IMG/VR virus record: IMGVR_UViG_3300049617_000306
DNA from: a virus
DNA: 64,000 bases
Strand: one strand, 5' to 3'
Shown here: one piece after another, positions 17,077 through 27,460 of the stretch
How the letters are laid out: each line of letters opens with the position of its first letter
How positions within the stretch are numbered: position 1 is the stretch's first letter
The notes under the pieces: model-generated
Databases searched by the model: none
Told to the model about the DNA's origin: nothing
The model's input: only the letters and a program-made list of their open reading frames with translations
Made by a program: the position numbers and the translations under genes

Positions 17077-20000
17077 TCAACCGAGGATGGCCCTGGCGAA
17101 CTGCAACGCCGAGACGTACTCCTGCACAGCCCGCTGCTTCCTGCCCCGAGTGTCGCCCTTCTGTGCCACGTTCGAACCGCGCTTGATGCCCACGATGTTC
17201 TCGATGTTGGCGGGCACCAGGCCGAAGATGTTGTTGTAGGGGCCGAACGCACGAGAGTGGAACCCCTCGATGCCCTGAATGACATCCTGCCCCGTGGGGT
17301 CGAGCGTGAGGTCGCTCGTGCCGAACATGTCGATCATCGTGGCGATGGGGCGCCAGGTGTAGCTCGAGATGAAGCCATCGATGCTCTGGTTGGTCTGCCG
17401 CACGTGCGAGTAGAGCTGCACCAAGAAGGCGACCGCGTCCTGGATGCTTGAGCCCTGGTCTAGCGCGAGAAGGCCGGCGGCCCAACCCGCGGGGTCGTCT
17501 GCGTCCAACGCCTTCTGCGCCTGGGCGAGGGCTTGCGCGGCCTGGGCGTAAGCCGCGCCGATGGAAGAGTCGCCTTCACTGACGAGCTGCTGGTCGGTGA
17601 TGGAGCCCGTGTTGAAGAACTGTTGGTAGACCTGCCCTATGAGGGAGGGGTGCCAGCAGTCGCCGTACCAACCCGGGCGGATGTACTCCTCCGCGGGCAG
17701 GTCCACGGTCACCCGGCTGTACCGAGGCACGCTCTCGGTCACCTTGTACGCGCGGAAGAGAACGGGCAGGTCGCCACCGAGGAAGGCCACGAGGGGCTGA
17801 CCGTAGACGCTGGCGTTCTGGGTCACGCCGATGGTCACGCTGATGCTCGGCGTGTTGGTGCCAGCGGTCGTGGGGCCCTGGTAGAGCGGCAGGTTCTGAC
17901 CCCTGTAGGCCTGGCTCACGTCCTGCACCGCGGTGATGACGCCCAGGTTGGGACCGAGCGCGTTGACCTGTGGGGGGTCGACGCAGGCCACAACGCTCAT
18001 GCGCGTAGCGTCTGCGCCTGAGCGCTGTTGAACCGTCTGGTCAGGGCGAATGACGCCCAGGTACTCGACCTTCTCTTCGGGCTGCCGCGCGTAGGAGCAG
18101 TTGAGCGTGGTCGAGCCGCTGTTCTGGTCGACGTTGTGTGTGAGCTCGGTGAGGTTGGCCAGGAAGTGGGTGCCCAGCAGCTGGTTCATGTCCGTGGTTA
18201 CCACGCCACCGGCCTGCTGAATCAACTGCTGGCGAAGCGCGAGTGTCTCAGCGTTGACGTACTTGTCGATGATGAGCGCAGGGAATCCCGCTGCTAGGTA
18301 CGGGTTGAACTTCCCGCTCACCTGCATCTGTCTCGCTGCGAAGCGGTACTTGAAGTAGAGGAAGTTGCAGCTGCGCTGGGCCAGGCCGATCTTCGGGGTC
18401 TTGCCGCCGGGAGTGGTGCCCGAGCGCGCAGCGAAGATGTTGAGCTCTCCCATCTTCTCGAAGACTGGCAGGATGCCGGTGAACAGCTCGTGGCCGAGGA
18501 GGCCGTTGGCCAGCATGTCCTGCAGCTCACGGCCGCCGGTCTTCAACGTGAAGCCCTTGGGGGCGAAGTAGAACTGGTCGAAGAGCTCGTCCTCGCCGAA
18601 GAACTCGTCGTTCGTCTTGAGCAGCAGCCGTGTGGGCTCCGCCAGAAACGACCGGGCGTAGGTCATCGAGTGGTAGTTCTCGGGGAACAGAACGTTGCAC
18701 CGAGGCGGGGCGCTGAACCACACATCGGGTCGGAAGATCTGGGAGTTGAGCCGCGCCGGCACTGCAGTCTTGCCGTTGGTGGTCACCTCGAAGTTCGCGG
18801 CGTTCTGTAGCTGCGCGGAAGCTGCGCTGAGCGCGGAGTTGACGCTGCTCACGATGCGAGAGTTGGACCCGGGCTGCCACTGCTTGACCAGCCCCTGCGC
18901 CGTACCGAGTGACTTCAGGGCACTCGCGTAGTAGCTGCGAGCGCCTGCCACCGTGGGCGAGGAGATCTGGCTGAGCGTAGTGGCGCACGTCTGACGCATT
19001 GTAGCGATGGTGTTGCGCACCGACGACTGCGCGTCCCCCGCGCTGCTGTTGGGGTCAGCGGGCGAGGACAGCGTGGTCATCACAGAGGAGATCGACTGAA
19101 TGAGCACGTCCGCGTTGACCGCAATGAACGCGTTGTTCGGGTCCTTGCGTACGCTGTTGCGGACCGAGCCCGAGGGGTTGTTGCCGCTAGCCGGAGAGTA
19201 GTACGGGCAGGGTTGGGCATAGGTCTCGTGGAAGATCATCGACATCAGCGCGTTGATGGCCTGACGGATGGAGACCTGCTGCCCGAGGTTGCCCAGCGTG
19301 CGCCCGAAAAGCGAGTCGTAGCCACCGCCGATGAGACGACTCGCTGTCGGGTCGTTCTCGTAGGCGGTGATCATCTGGGTGATGTGCAGGCGTAGCTCGG
19401 CCAGGGAGAAGAAGATGTTCTCGCCGCCGATGTTCTTGCCGTAGTAGTAGCTGCCGCCGATAGCTTCGCAGAGATGAACGATGCCTCCCAGTAGTCCTTT
19501 CAGCTTGGGGTACTGGATGCTGGGCGTTTGGATGATGCGCAGGATGGCGCTGCCCTCATCCTCGAGGAAGTCGGTGAACAAGTTGGTAGAGCCACCGGAG
19601 AAGATGGCCTTCACCCCGGGGCCGAACAGGTCGGTGTTGTTCCACTGGTAGGCGTAGTCCCAGTAGTTGCTCCAGTCGAGGCACTGCAGCACGAGCGAGC
19701 GGTTGTTCTGGTTCTTGGTCCACTGAAAGCCCACCACCTCGCCGCCGAAGAGCAGCTTGTAATTGGCGTTCTGGATGTCCTGGTCGTCGCCGACGGAGCT
19801 CGACTGCGAGAAGGACGAGGGCGCGGGTGTGTTCTGGGCTTCGTAGTCGGTGGGGCTCCGGTTGGTCGTGGTGTTAGGGGCGCTTGTCGAGCTCGCGAAG
19901 GGTGACGACGCCGCGTAGAAGTCCAGGAAGAACAGGTGAACGAGCGAGCGGGGGAAGAGGCGGGTGCCCTCGGGCAGGGGAGGGATCTGGATGGAGCAAG

Positions 20001-20106
20001 ACGCCGGGGAGTTCGGCGCCACCTGCACCTGCGCTGCGATGACTGGCACCTCCACCCCCTCAATGAAGAGGCGAAGGCGTAGCCGCTGTCCGTAGCCGCC
20101 GGCCAT
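17077..20106 (-). CDS. baseplate hub-like large tail protein
   Basis: 1009 aa; RLFIEGVEVPV start, APPRCNVLFP; downstream of the tape measure gene. Confidence 0.65.
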   Translation of the reverse strand: MAGGYGQRLRLRLFIEGVEVPVIAAQVQVAPNSPASCSIQIPPLPEGTRLFPRSLVHLFFLDFYAASSPFASSTSAPNTTTNRSPTDYEAQNTPAPSSFSQSSSVGDDQDIQNANYKLLFGGEVVGFQWTKNQNNRSLVLQCLDWSNYWDYAYQWNNTDLFGPGVKAIFSGGSTNLFTDFLEDEGSAILRIIQTPSIQYPKLKGLLGGIVHLCEAIGGSYYYGKNIGGENIFFSLAELRLHITQMITAYENDPTASRLIGGGYDSLFGRTLGNLGQQVSIRQAINALMSMIFHETYAQPCPYYSPASGNNPSGSVRNSVRKDPNNAFIAVNADVLIQSISSVMTTLSSPADPNSSAGDAQSSVRNTIATMRQTCATTLSQISSPTVAGARSYYASALKSLGTAQGLVKQWQPGSNSRIVSSVNSALSAASAQLQNAANFEVTTNGKTAVPARLNSQIFRPDVWFSAPPRCNVLFPENYHSMTYARSFLAEPTRLLLKTNDEFFGEDELFDQFYFAPKGFTLKTGGRELQDMLANGLLGHELFTGILPVFEKMGELNIFAARSGTTPGGKTPKIGLAQRSCNFLYFKYRFAARQMQVSGKFNPYLAAGFPALIIDKYVNAETLALRQQLIQQAGGVVTTDMNQLLGTHFLANLTELTHNVDQNSGSTTLNCSYARQPEEKVEYLGVIRPDQTVQQRSGADATRMSVVACVDPPQVNALGPNLGVITAVQDVSQAYRGQNLPLYQGPTTAGTNTPSISVTIGVTQNASVYGQPLVAFLGGDLPVLFRAYKVTESVPRYSRVTVDLPAEEYIRPGWYGDCWHPSLIGQVYQQFFNTGSITDQQLVSEGDSSIGAAYAQAAQALAQAQKALDADDPAGWAAGLLALDQGSSIQDAVAFLVQLYSHVRQTNQSIDGFISSYTWRPIATMIDMFGTSDLTLDPTGQDVIQGIEGFHSRAFGPYNNIFGLVPANIENIVGIKRGSNVAQKGDTRGRKQRAVQEYVSALQFARAILG

Positions 20107-20108
20107 GG

Positions 20109-21908
20109 CTAGATGAACATCCCGGTGGTGTTCACGTCGCTCTGGTTGCCGTCGGGCCCGATGAAGAAGTCGATCTCCGTCGAGCTCTCCGTCGTCAGGG
20201 TGCCGTTGGCAATCCAGCTCGAGAACAGGCTGGGGGAGCCGCCGACACTGACCGACGCGCCGACCGCGGACATGCCGTAGCCGTAGCCATTGCCCGAGAG
20301 GAAGCCGTTGCCCGTAGCGTAGGACTGCCCACCCGAGAACTGGTTCAGTGTGCCAGGGCCATTCGGTCCGATGCCGCCGCCGATGCCATAGGGGATGCCG
20401 CCACCGATGCCCGTGCCCTGAGAGACGCCCCCGTAGATGGGCACGCCATTGCCGTAGACCCCCTCGTTGTACGCAGCGTTTGAGCTGAGGTTCGCGGCGT
20501 AAAGACCGGCCGCCACGTTGGGAGGCTGGATGATGAGGCTTGCGCTCGTGTACGAGGTGAACCCGCCGGTGAAGCCTAGTCCCCCGTTGATGCCCCCGTT
20601 GTACTCGCTACCGAAGCCACTACCAGAGTAGGCCCCGAAGCTCGCGTACGAACCGCCACCGATACCGATGCCAAAGCCCGTGCTCGTAGAGAAGGTCGGC
20701 AGAAGACCGAGGTTGCCGTAGTCATTGTAGCCGTAGGGCGAGACCCCGTAGCGTCGCGCAGAGGAAGTGAGCGCGTAGGGCAGGTCGTAGGCGTCGGGGT
20801 AGGACGGGTCGTACTCCTCATCGTAGTAGGTCTGCGCCGGGTCGTTGGTCGGCAGATCCACTGGCGTGGGCGAGGCGCCCGTCCACTCGTCCTGGTTGTC
20901 CTGAATGAGACCGCGGGTAGGCAGCGTGCGAAAGTTGTTGTCCTGCGTGCCCTGCGCCGAAGAAGCATCGCTCAAGTACTGGTCCACGTAGGGGGTGCCG
21001 GTGTACCGGACACCCGCGCGCAGCGCAGCGCTCAGACTTGCCCCGCCACCGAACCCAGCTCCAGCGCCCACACCAGCGACGGCGCCTACCCCTATGCCCG
21101 CGCCGGCGCCGAGACTCGCTCCGAGGGCGACACCGGCAGACACCCCGATCCCCCCCTGCTGGTAGGCCCCCAGATACGCGCTGTTCAACCCGGACTCGTA
21201 GATGTCCACGTAGTTCTCGGGCTCCGTAGGAGGACCGACCTGGAACTGATCGGACGTGGTCAGCGTGGCGTCGGCAGGCATGTTGACGTACGTGGGGTAC
21301 CTCGGGTCCGCGGCGTCGCCGACGATGGTCACGTTGGAGTAGTTGGTGAGATACAGGCGGAACTGCAGCATCACCATGAGCGGCGTATCGGAAGTCTTGC
21401 GCGCCTGCGCGCTGAGCATGTACCCCTCGACGATGTTGTCGTCGTAGAAGAGGTAGGTGCGCGCGCCGAGCTCCACGCTGCGCGTGCCGCGCAGGTACAT
21501 GTTGTAGTTCTGCCACCACTCCGCGTACCAGTTGAAGTCGTTGGAATCGACGAGCACCGCGGTCACGTCAAGAAAGCGCGGGCTCTCGCCGAAGAAGTAG
21601 ATGTAGGGCTCGCCGAAGGTCTCGACGATCTGATGCTTCTCCATGCGCGCTTCCTGCACCGACTGCAGGATGAAGTTGGCGTACTGCGTGTTCGTCCCGC
21701 TCTTAGTGCCCGAGTCCACCATGGCGATGGGCTGGCCGTCGGACTGAACCACCTTGAGGATTGCGTACGTGTCGTCCTTGATCTCTAGCCCGCGCAGTGG
21801 GCGGCGCACGCTGTCCGAGCCAGCACGCCTTCGCTGCTGCTTTGCACGGGAGGCAGCGTTGAAGGTGTCGGTGAACGAATCGGTAGTGAGCTCGACGAAC
21901 ACAGCCAT
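20109..21908 (-). CDS. baseplate/tail protein with Gly-rich C-terminus
   Basis: NFILQSVQEARMEKHQIVETFGEPYIYFFG domain; position after the tape measure gene. Confidence 0.6.
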   Translation of the reverse strand: MAVFVELTTDSFTDTFNAASRAKQQRRRAGSDSVRRPLRGLEIKDDTYAILKVVQSDGQPIAMVDSGTKSGTNTQYANFILQSVQEARMEKHQIVETFGEPYIYFFGESPRFLDVTAVLVDSNDFNWYAEWWQNYNMYLRGTRSVELGARTYLFYDDNIVEGYMLSAQARKTSDTPLMVMLQFRLYLTNYSNVTIVGDAADPRYPTYVNMPADATLTTSDQFQVGPPTEPENYVDIYESGLNSAYLGAYQQGGIGVSAGVALGASLGAGAGIGVGAVAGVGAGAGFGGGASLSAALRAGVRYTGTPYVDQYLSDASSAQGTQDNNFRTLPTRGLIQDNQDEWTGASPTPVDLPTNDPAQTYYDEEYDPSYPDAYDLPYALTSSARRYGVSPYGYNDYGNLGLLPTFSTSTGFGIGIGGGSYASFGAYSGSGFGSEYNGGINGGLGFTGGFTSYTSASLIIQPPNVAAGLYAANLSSNAAYNEGVYGNGVPIYGGVSQGTGIGGGIPYGIGGGIGPNGPGTLNQFSGGQSYATGNGFLSGNGYGYGMSAVGASVSVGGSPSLFSSWIANGTLTTESSTEIDFFIGPDGNQSDVNTTGMFI

Positions 21909-21918
21909 CGCACACTCC

Positions 21919-22188
21919 TCAGATGACGACGTTCGACTTAATGAGGAAGTCGCGCACGTTGCGCGGCGGAACGACGCCAGAGTAGGGCTCCCCCTGCTGA
22001 AGAGCAAAGGCTTCCGCCTTGACCATCACCAGGTAGGGGTCCTCGACGGAGATCTTGTCGCGCAGCTTCATGGTGTAGAGCCGCCCGAACTTGCGGATGA
22101 CGACGGACACCTCTTGCCGACAGGGTTCGCAGCCCGGCGGCACACTGAAGGGGAGAGCGCCTTCTACGAAGAGCAGCGACTTGGCCAT
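21919..22188 (-). CDS. hypothetical protein
   Basis: 89 aa, coupled to the tape measure stop. Confidence 0.55.
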   Translation of the reverse strand: MAKSLLFVEGALPFSVPPGCEPCRQEVSVVIRKFGRLYTMKLRDKISVEDPYLVMVKAEAFALQQGEPYSGVVPPRNVRDFLIKSNVVI

Positions 22189-25100
22189 TACTTCTCCGCG
22201 TCCTTTGGCTCAAGCTTGGCGATCTGATCGGCGGTCACGCCCGACGAGGTGGCGATGAGCTTGAGCAGCTCATTGGTCTTGTCCGTGTTCTTCTTGATGG
22301 CGGCCTGCAGCGGGTTGTCCGACTCCTGCTGCGCCTCGTCCTTCTTCTTTCGCGCGTCGGTAACTTCCTTCGAAGACATGACACCGGCGAGCTCCTGAGC
22401 CGCCTTGCCCTTGTCCTTCTGACCGAGCGCGCCCTGCAGCGCGGCCGCAACGCTCTTGCCACCCTCGGTCGTGATGTCCACGCCCATCGCCTGCAGCATC
22501 TTCGCAGCGTTGTCGGAGTCGCTGCCCTTGAGGTCTCCTGCTTTGAGCCCAGTGCCCAGCATACCCGCAACGGTTGCCGTGCGTCCCTTGCCCCGTCTCT
22601 CCCCTCGCTCAAGGCTAGACTGCAGCGAGGCCTCGTAGCTCGCCTCACCACCGACCGCGCCGCCCAACGTGGCCGAGACCTGCCTCTTCTGTTCGACGGT
22701 CAATCCTGCGAGTAGTGCTGCGTTGGCGTCGACGGTCGACATGCTGACCGCGCGCCCCTCCGCCTGTGCCCTCTCTGCGGAGACCATGGCCGCGGCGTAC
22801 TCCGCCGTCTTGCCGCCAGCTTTCGTCAGAGTCTCCCAGGTGGTGTGACTGAGCCTGCCGGTCTTGGCGTCCATCACGCCCGTCATCTTCAGCGACTCGA
22901 CGTTCTTGCCCGAGGCTACCATCGCGCGGCGTTGAGCTTCTTCGCGATCTTTCGCCTGACGGGAGTCGAGTGCGGCGGCGGCGCCTCCTAGCGTCTTCTT
23001 GATACCTTCGATCGTGACCCCTGGCCCCAGCGTGTCGCGATTGTGCTCGAGCCACCTCTGCTGGTCTTCCTCGGTCGCGTTCGGGTGGTCGCGCATGAAG
23101 TTGAGGTAGTCCTGCCCGGCGAGAAGGTTTCGCTTGACCTCGAGGTCACCTGTTGCGGGCTTGCCCACCTGCGCATCAATCTCTTTCCGCAACTGGGCCG
23201 CGGTGCCCGCAGCGATCTCCTTGTTCTGGCTGAACAGACCGGTCACCGCGTCGCGGAACTTCTCGCTCTTGGCATACTCGCCCGCTTCCCTCTCGCGGTC
23301 GGTGGCGCCCAGTGCTTGCTCGGTCGCGCCCGTGGTCTCGACCCCGCCGAGTGCTTTCGCCCAGCCCCGCAGCTTGCCCTGCCAGCTATCCTTCGAGAAC
23401 CCCTTGATGCCGAGCGCGTTGGCGAACGCCTTGCTCTCGGCATCCGTGGAGAGATACCCAGGCTGGCCCTGCTTGGCGAGCAGCGCAGCCATTCCGCCCT
23501 CTCCCAGACCTGACATGCTTCCGAGTTGAGCGGCCGCGCCCACGCCCTGCGCGCGCTCGTAGTTTCCGATGAGCGCGGCCTTCGCAGTCGGGCTCTTCGC
23601 TCCATCAAGCTGCACTAGCATGGCCTTGGCAGCTATGACGTTAGGGTCGTTCGGGTTGTTGCCATCGGCCTGGCGGCGAATGAGCGCCTCGATCTGAGCC
23701 TGCCTCTCGTCGCCACGGCCTGTGATACTGCCCATCGAGTACGCACGGGATAGGAAGTCGCCCCCCTTGGCAGCGCCAACAGCCGCCTCATCGAAGCCCG
23801 TCGCCGCGGCCGCTTGCTGGGCCTGGGCCTGAAGCAGCTTCGCCTGGATCTGCTGGCTATTCATCCCCTTGATGTTGTACCCGAGGTCACGCAGCTTGCT
23901 GGCCCCCGACTGTCCCCCGAAGAGGTAGCCCATGTTCAGCTTGCCGTCGGAGAAGGCGCTGCCGTAGTCGGACCCGCGCCCGAGCGCGGCAGCCAGGTCT
24001 TCTTTCCCCGCGCCGCCGCGTGATGTCGCCCTCGAGGTGAAGTCCGTGCGCAGACCCCGGTTACCGATGCCAAACGCGCGAGCAGCTGCCTCATGGCCGA
24101 GCGTGCCACCGCGCATCATCTGCTGGTAGTTCTGGTCTATGTCCTTCGAGTAGGTCTGGACGTAGGTGCCGAACAGCTTGTTGAAGAAGCGGTCCACCAT
24201 GTCCGAGCCCTGGTTGAAGACGTCCTGACCAACCTTCTGCAGCGCGTTGTTGATCTGCTCCTTGGCCTGGTTGAAGCGCTGCTGCACACCTTGGATGCCC
24301 TGCCCCTTGCGGGCCTGCGCTACGCCCTGGAAGTAGCGGTCCGACTGCTCGTCCGACTGCTGCTGGCGCAAGATCTGGGGCATGTTCTGCGCCATCTTGA
24401 TGGCCTGGTCCACCTCGTCGCGCCCCATCCCGAGCTGGCGCTGCGCGAAGAGCATGGAGCGGTCGTCCATGTTGTTGATGTCGACGCCCTTGGACTGCGC
24501 CCACTCCATCATCTGCAGGCCTGGCAGAAAGCCGCCGAGACGCTCCAGAGCAGCGCCCCGCAGCCGCCCCTCGTTGCGAATGAAGTTGGCTCGGCCGACC
24601 TTGCCGAGGTGCGCCTGGTCCTGCTTCATCGTCTCGCTGATGCCCATGCCCCCCTCGAGCAGCTGGTTCACGGCGGACTCGTCGAGCGTGCCGTCCTTGC
24701 CGGCGATGGAGGCGAGCAACCGGCGACCACGGCCGCTCTGTAGGAACTTCGCAGAGCTACCCATGGCGCTGGCAGCGTAGGCCTGCCGCCCCTCAGCCCC
24801 GGTCAGACCAGTCACGTTGTAGATGTCCTCCTCCGAGAGGATGCCCATCTGCTGCGCAGTACCAATCTGGCCGATGGTCCTCACCCCAGCCATCGCCCCC
24901 TGCCGTCCGAGCCCTCCTATGGAACGGGAAATCTGGGAGCCGATGCTGGCTGCCCCGGTCACCTCGCTCATGGCCAGCCCACCAGAGACAGACGCCCCGC
25001 GAGCGGCCGCGGTGAACCCCTGCATGCGCGGCATCCCAAAGACGCCCGAGCTCTTGCCCGCCTGGGCGAACTCCATCGCACCCTCAAGCGTGGTCCCCAG

Positions 25101-25757
25101 GTCGGTGGCCATCGTCTTGAGGGTGGTGACCATCTCCTTGAAGCGGGCGCTGAACTCCTTGACGTCGCGCACCCCCTGCGCGAAGCCCATCTGCCCCATC
25201 TTGCCCGCGAGCGTGGAGAGCTCCTTGAAGGAGGCCATCTCTCCACCGGGACCAACCTGGTCGCTCATGTCGCGGATCATCGAGCCGATGGAGCTCATGT
25301 CCCCGCGCTGAAACCCAGAGCCGCCGTACTGGTTTCGGAAGTTGAAGCTGCCACGCAGCTGGGCGTTGAGCTCCTGCTGCTGACTGGCCCCCTGCATCAT
25401 CTGCCCGCCTGCGTAGTTGACCGCGGCGCCGGCGGCCATGAGGGGGAGCGCCACTGCACCGCCCACCGCCATCGCTCCACCGAACCCGGCACCACCAGCG
25501 AAGGCGCCCATCCCCGCACGCAGTCCGAGGGACATGGGGTCGAGCCCTGCCAGGCCGATGGCCCCCGCGGCGAGGGGGACGCCGACGCTGCTGGCCATGT
25601 TCATCGCCCCGGACATCGCCCGGTCGCCGCCCTGCCCCGAGTACCCACCTCCGTAGACGTTGCCCTGCCCGACCATCGAGCTGTAGGCCATGTTGTTCAT
25701 GGCCATGCTCTGGTACGAGCCGTTCAGCTGAGCGATCTCGGAGGACGAGATGGGCAT
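22188..25757 (-). CDS. tail tape measure protein
   Basis: 1189 aa, A/G/Q/M-rich helical sequence, upstream of baseplate genes. Confidence 0.8.
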   Translation of the reverse strand: MPISSSEIAQLNGSYQSMAMNNMAYSSMVGQGNVYGGGYSGQGGDRAMSGAMNMASSVGVPLAAGAIGLAGLDPMSLGLRAGMGAFAGGAGFGGAMAVGGAVALPLMAAGAAVNYAGGQMMQGASQQQELNAQLRGSFNFRNQYGGSGFQRGDMSSIGSMIRDMSDQVGPGGEMASFKELSTLAGKMGQMGFAQGVRDVKEFSARFKEMVTTLKTMATDLGTTLEGAMEFAQAGKSSGVFGMPRMQGFTAAARGASVSGGLAMSEVTGAASIGSQISRSIGGLGRQGAMAGVRTIGQIGTAQQMGILSEEDIYNVTGLTGAEGRQAYAASAMGSSAKFLQSGRGRRLLASIAGKDGTLDESAVNQLLEGGMGISETMKQDQAHLGKVGRANFIRNEGRLRGAALERLGGFLPGLQMMEWAQSKGVDINNMDDRSMLFAQRQLGMGRDEVDQAIKMAQNMPQILRQQQSDEQSDRYFQGVAQARKGQGIQGVQQRFNQAKEQINNALQKVGQDVFNQGSDMVDRFFNKLFGTYVQTYSKDIDQNYQQMMRGGTLGHEAAARAFGIGNRGLRTDFTSRATSRGGAGKEDLAAALGRGSDYGSAFSDGKLNMGYLFGGQSGASKLRDLGYNIKGMNSQQIQAKLLQAQAQQAAAATGFDEAAVGAAKGGDFLSRAYSMGSITGRGDERQAQIEALIRRQADGNNPNDPNVIAAKAMLVQLDGAKSPTAKAALIGNYERAQGVGAAAQLGSMSGLGEGGMAALLAKQGQPGYLSTDAESKAFANALGIKGFSKDSWQGKLRGWAKALGGVETTGATEQALGATDREREAGEYAKSEKFRDAVTGLFSQNKEIAAGTAAQLRKEIDAQVGKPATGDLEVKRNLLAGQDYLNFMRDHPNATEEDQQRWLEHNRDTLGPGVTIEGIKKTLGGAAAALDSRQAKDREEAQRRAMVASGKNVESLKMTGVMDAKTGRLSHTTWETLTKAGGKTAEYAAAMVSAERAQAEGRAVSMSTVDANAALLAGLTVEQKRQVSATLGGAVGGEASYEASLQSSLERGERRGKGRTATVAGMLGTGLKAGDLKGSDSDNAAKMLQAMGVDITTEGGKSVAAALQGALGQKDKGKAAQELAGVMSSKEVTDARKKKDEAQQESDNPLQAAIKKNTDKTNELLKLIATSSGVTADQIAKLEPKDAEK

Positions 25758-25786
25758 GTGGCGCCCTCACTCTATCACGCGGCTTG

Positions 25787-25815
25787 GCAAGAAACAGATG
25801 CCTCCGCGGGATAAG
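25787..25815 (+). promoter_or_regulatory. GCAA-N17-GGGATAAG promoter motif
   Basis: repeated motif; GAGGAGG SD follows. Confidence 0.65.
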
Positions 25816-25834
25816 AAAACAGAGGAGGTAATTC

Positions 25835-26227
25835 ATGTCCAAGGTGAAGGTTCTTGTAGTCGACGACAGCGACCAGGTTCGTCGAGCGTACGAGCGCATG
25901 CTGAAGAAGGAGTACGACTACCGCATCGAGAGCGACGGGCTCGAGGCTCTGCAGATTGTGCGCGGGAAGGTGTTCGTGCCGGACATCATCGTGTCCGACT
26001 ACGACATGGGCGTCGGGTTCATGACGGGGGCTCAGCTCTGTGCGCAGCTGCGCGCGGAAAGCAACCGGGTACCCTTCATCCTCGCCTCCGGCAACTTGGA
26101 GGTGGAGACCTTGGCGAGGGAGTGCGGCGCCAGCTACGGGCTGCTCAAGCCGATCATGCCCTTCCAACTGGACCAGCTGGTCAAACGCCTGGTGCCAGCC
26201 GCGCAACCACCCTGCCTGGTCGAGTAG
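25835..26227 (+). CDS. single-domain response regulator (CheY-like receiver)
   Basis: VLVVDDS, DIIVSDYDM, FILASG, LKP. Confidence 0.9.
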   Translation: MSKVKVLVVDDSDQVRRAYERMLKKEYDYRIESDGLEALQIVRGKVFVPDIIVSDYDMGVGFMTGAQLCAQLRAESNRVPFILASGNLEVETLARECGASYGLLKPIMPFQLDQLVKRLVPAAQPPCLVE

Positions 26228-26232
26228 TTCAA

Positions 26233-26265
26233 CGGGGTCCCTTCGGGGGCCCCGCAACTCTTAGC
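26233..26265 (+). terminator. C(TTCG)G hairpin terminator followed by TTAGC
   Basis: CGGGGTCCC TTCG GGGGCCCCG. Confidence 0.6.
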
Positions 26266-26281
26266 TCTTCCGCGGCATAAG
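26254..26281 (+). promoter_or_regulatory. GCAA-N16-GGCATAAG promoter motif
   Basis: repeated motif. Confidence 0.65.
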
Positions 26282-26301
26282 TAGGAAGAGGAGGAACTTC
26301 A

Positions 26302-26919
26302 ATGAACACCATAAAGGCGCTGTCGGTTGTACTTCTGTCTCTCAGCATCGGCTGCGGTACTGGTAGTGACGCTGGTACTGCCGGTGGAAGTAGTGGTAGT
26401 AGCGGTGGGCAGTGCTGCACATCCGGCTCGAGCGGCGGCGGCACAAGTACACAGGGACCCGCCGGACCCCAGGGTCCTGCTGGTCCGCAAGGCGCACCTG
26501 GTCTGCAGGGTCCCATCGGCGAGACAGGTGCCACCGGACCTGCCGGACCTCAGGGTCCTGCCGGCCCGACCGGTGCGCAGGGGCCCGCGGGTGCTACCGG
26601 CCCGACTGGACCTGTTGGCGCGCAGGGGCCTGCTGGTCCGCAGGGGCCTGCGGGAACCATCGCCAGCACGAGCGAGTACGTTGTGTCGGCAGGTGTACAG
26701 ACGACAGGCGGGAGCGCTGCCGCCATAGCCTCGTGCAAGAGCCCCAAAGATCTGCTCCTGGGGGGCACCTGCACGTCCAGCTACACGGGCTTCTACGTGC
26801 AGCCGGAGATCGTGCTGGGTAATGGCACCACATCGGTGTCGTCCTGGCAGTGCAGCGCGCAGAGTGGTGTCAGCCCAGAGCCGTCCGTGTATGCCGTCGC
26901 GCTCTGTCTGACCCCATGA
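26302..26919 (+). CDS. collagen-like lipoprotein
   Basis: signal peptide with LSIGC lipobox, about 22 Gly-X-Y triplets, Cys-containing C-domain. Confidence 0.85.
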   Translation: MNTIKALSVVLLSLSIGCGTGSDAGTAGGSSGSSGGQCCTSGSSGGGTSTQGPAGPQGPAGPQGAPGLQGPIGETGATGPAGPQGPAGPTGAQGPAGATGPTGPVGAQGPAGPQGPAGTIASTSEYVVSAGVQTTGGSAAAIASCKSPKDLLLGGTCTSSYTGFYVQPEIVLGNGTTSVSSWQCSAQSGVSPEPSVYAVALCLTP

Positions 26920-26922
26920 AGC

Positions 26923-26964
26923 AGAAGAACAGCGGCCCCTCACGGGGTCACCTGTTCTTCTAGC
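26923..26964 (+). terminator. hairpin ending TTCTTCTAGC
   Basis: AGAAGAACAG...CTGTTCTTCT stem. Confidence 0.6.
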
Positions 26965-26971
26965 CCACTAT

Positions 26972-26999
26972 GCAACTCCTCCCCCGCTTCAGGGATAAG
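26972..26999 (+). promoter_or_regulatory. GCAA-N16-GGGATAAG promoter motif
   Basis: repeated motif. Confidence 0.65.
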
Positions 27000-27020
27000 A
27001 GACACGAGGAGGCATCGTTC

Positions 27021-27257
27021 ATGTTTCTCACACTCATCGTGCGTGCGGCCGTGGGCCTTGTCATGGCCATGGAAACTCCGGTCGAGATGGCCTGCGCGTC
27101 GCTCGCCCTGTGGGCTGGCGAGATCCGCGAGGAGAAGAAGGCCGTGGTGACGCTCAAGATCTACGTCACCGAGCGGGAGCTGGCCCAGATCGCGTACCGG
27201 CAGGCCCAGCTGATAGAGGCTGCCGAGCTCGCGTACCAGCAGAAGCACCCCACCTGA
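27021..27257 (+). CDS. small hypothetical protein
   Basis: GAGGAGG SD. Confidence 0.6.
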   Translation: MFLTLIVRAAVGLVMAMETPVEMACASLALWAGEIREEKKAVVTLKIYVTERELAQIAYRQAQLIEAAELAYQQKHPT

Positions 27258-27378
27258 ACTCAGGTGGTCAGAAGGAGGCACTAGAGATGGAGGATGACAG
27301 AGAGAGGCTGAAGGCGCCGCTCAAGGCAGAGCAGCGCCGCAAGCTGGAGGAGCTCGGCCTTGTAGTTGTAGGGGCCGT

Positions 27379-27406
27379 GCAAAACCAGAGCAATAAGAGG
27401 GATAAG
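27379..27406 (+). promoter_or_regulatory. GCAA-N16-GGGATAAG promoter motif
   Basis: repeated motif. Confidence 0.6.
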
Positions 27407-27460
27407 AGAAGTGAGGCGGTACTTCCGCCTGGAACAACTAAGAAGGAGGACCAAGTCATC

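Noticed and set aside
26455-26655. Short DNA repeats as a CRISPR or tandem array
   Set aside because: They are collagen Gly-X-Y codons; no CRISPR array or cas gene was seen in the window.
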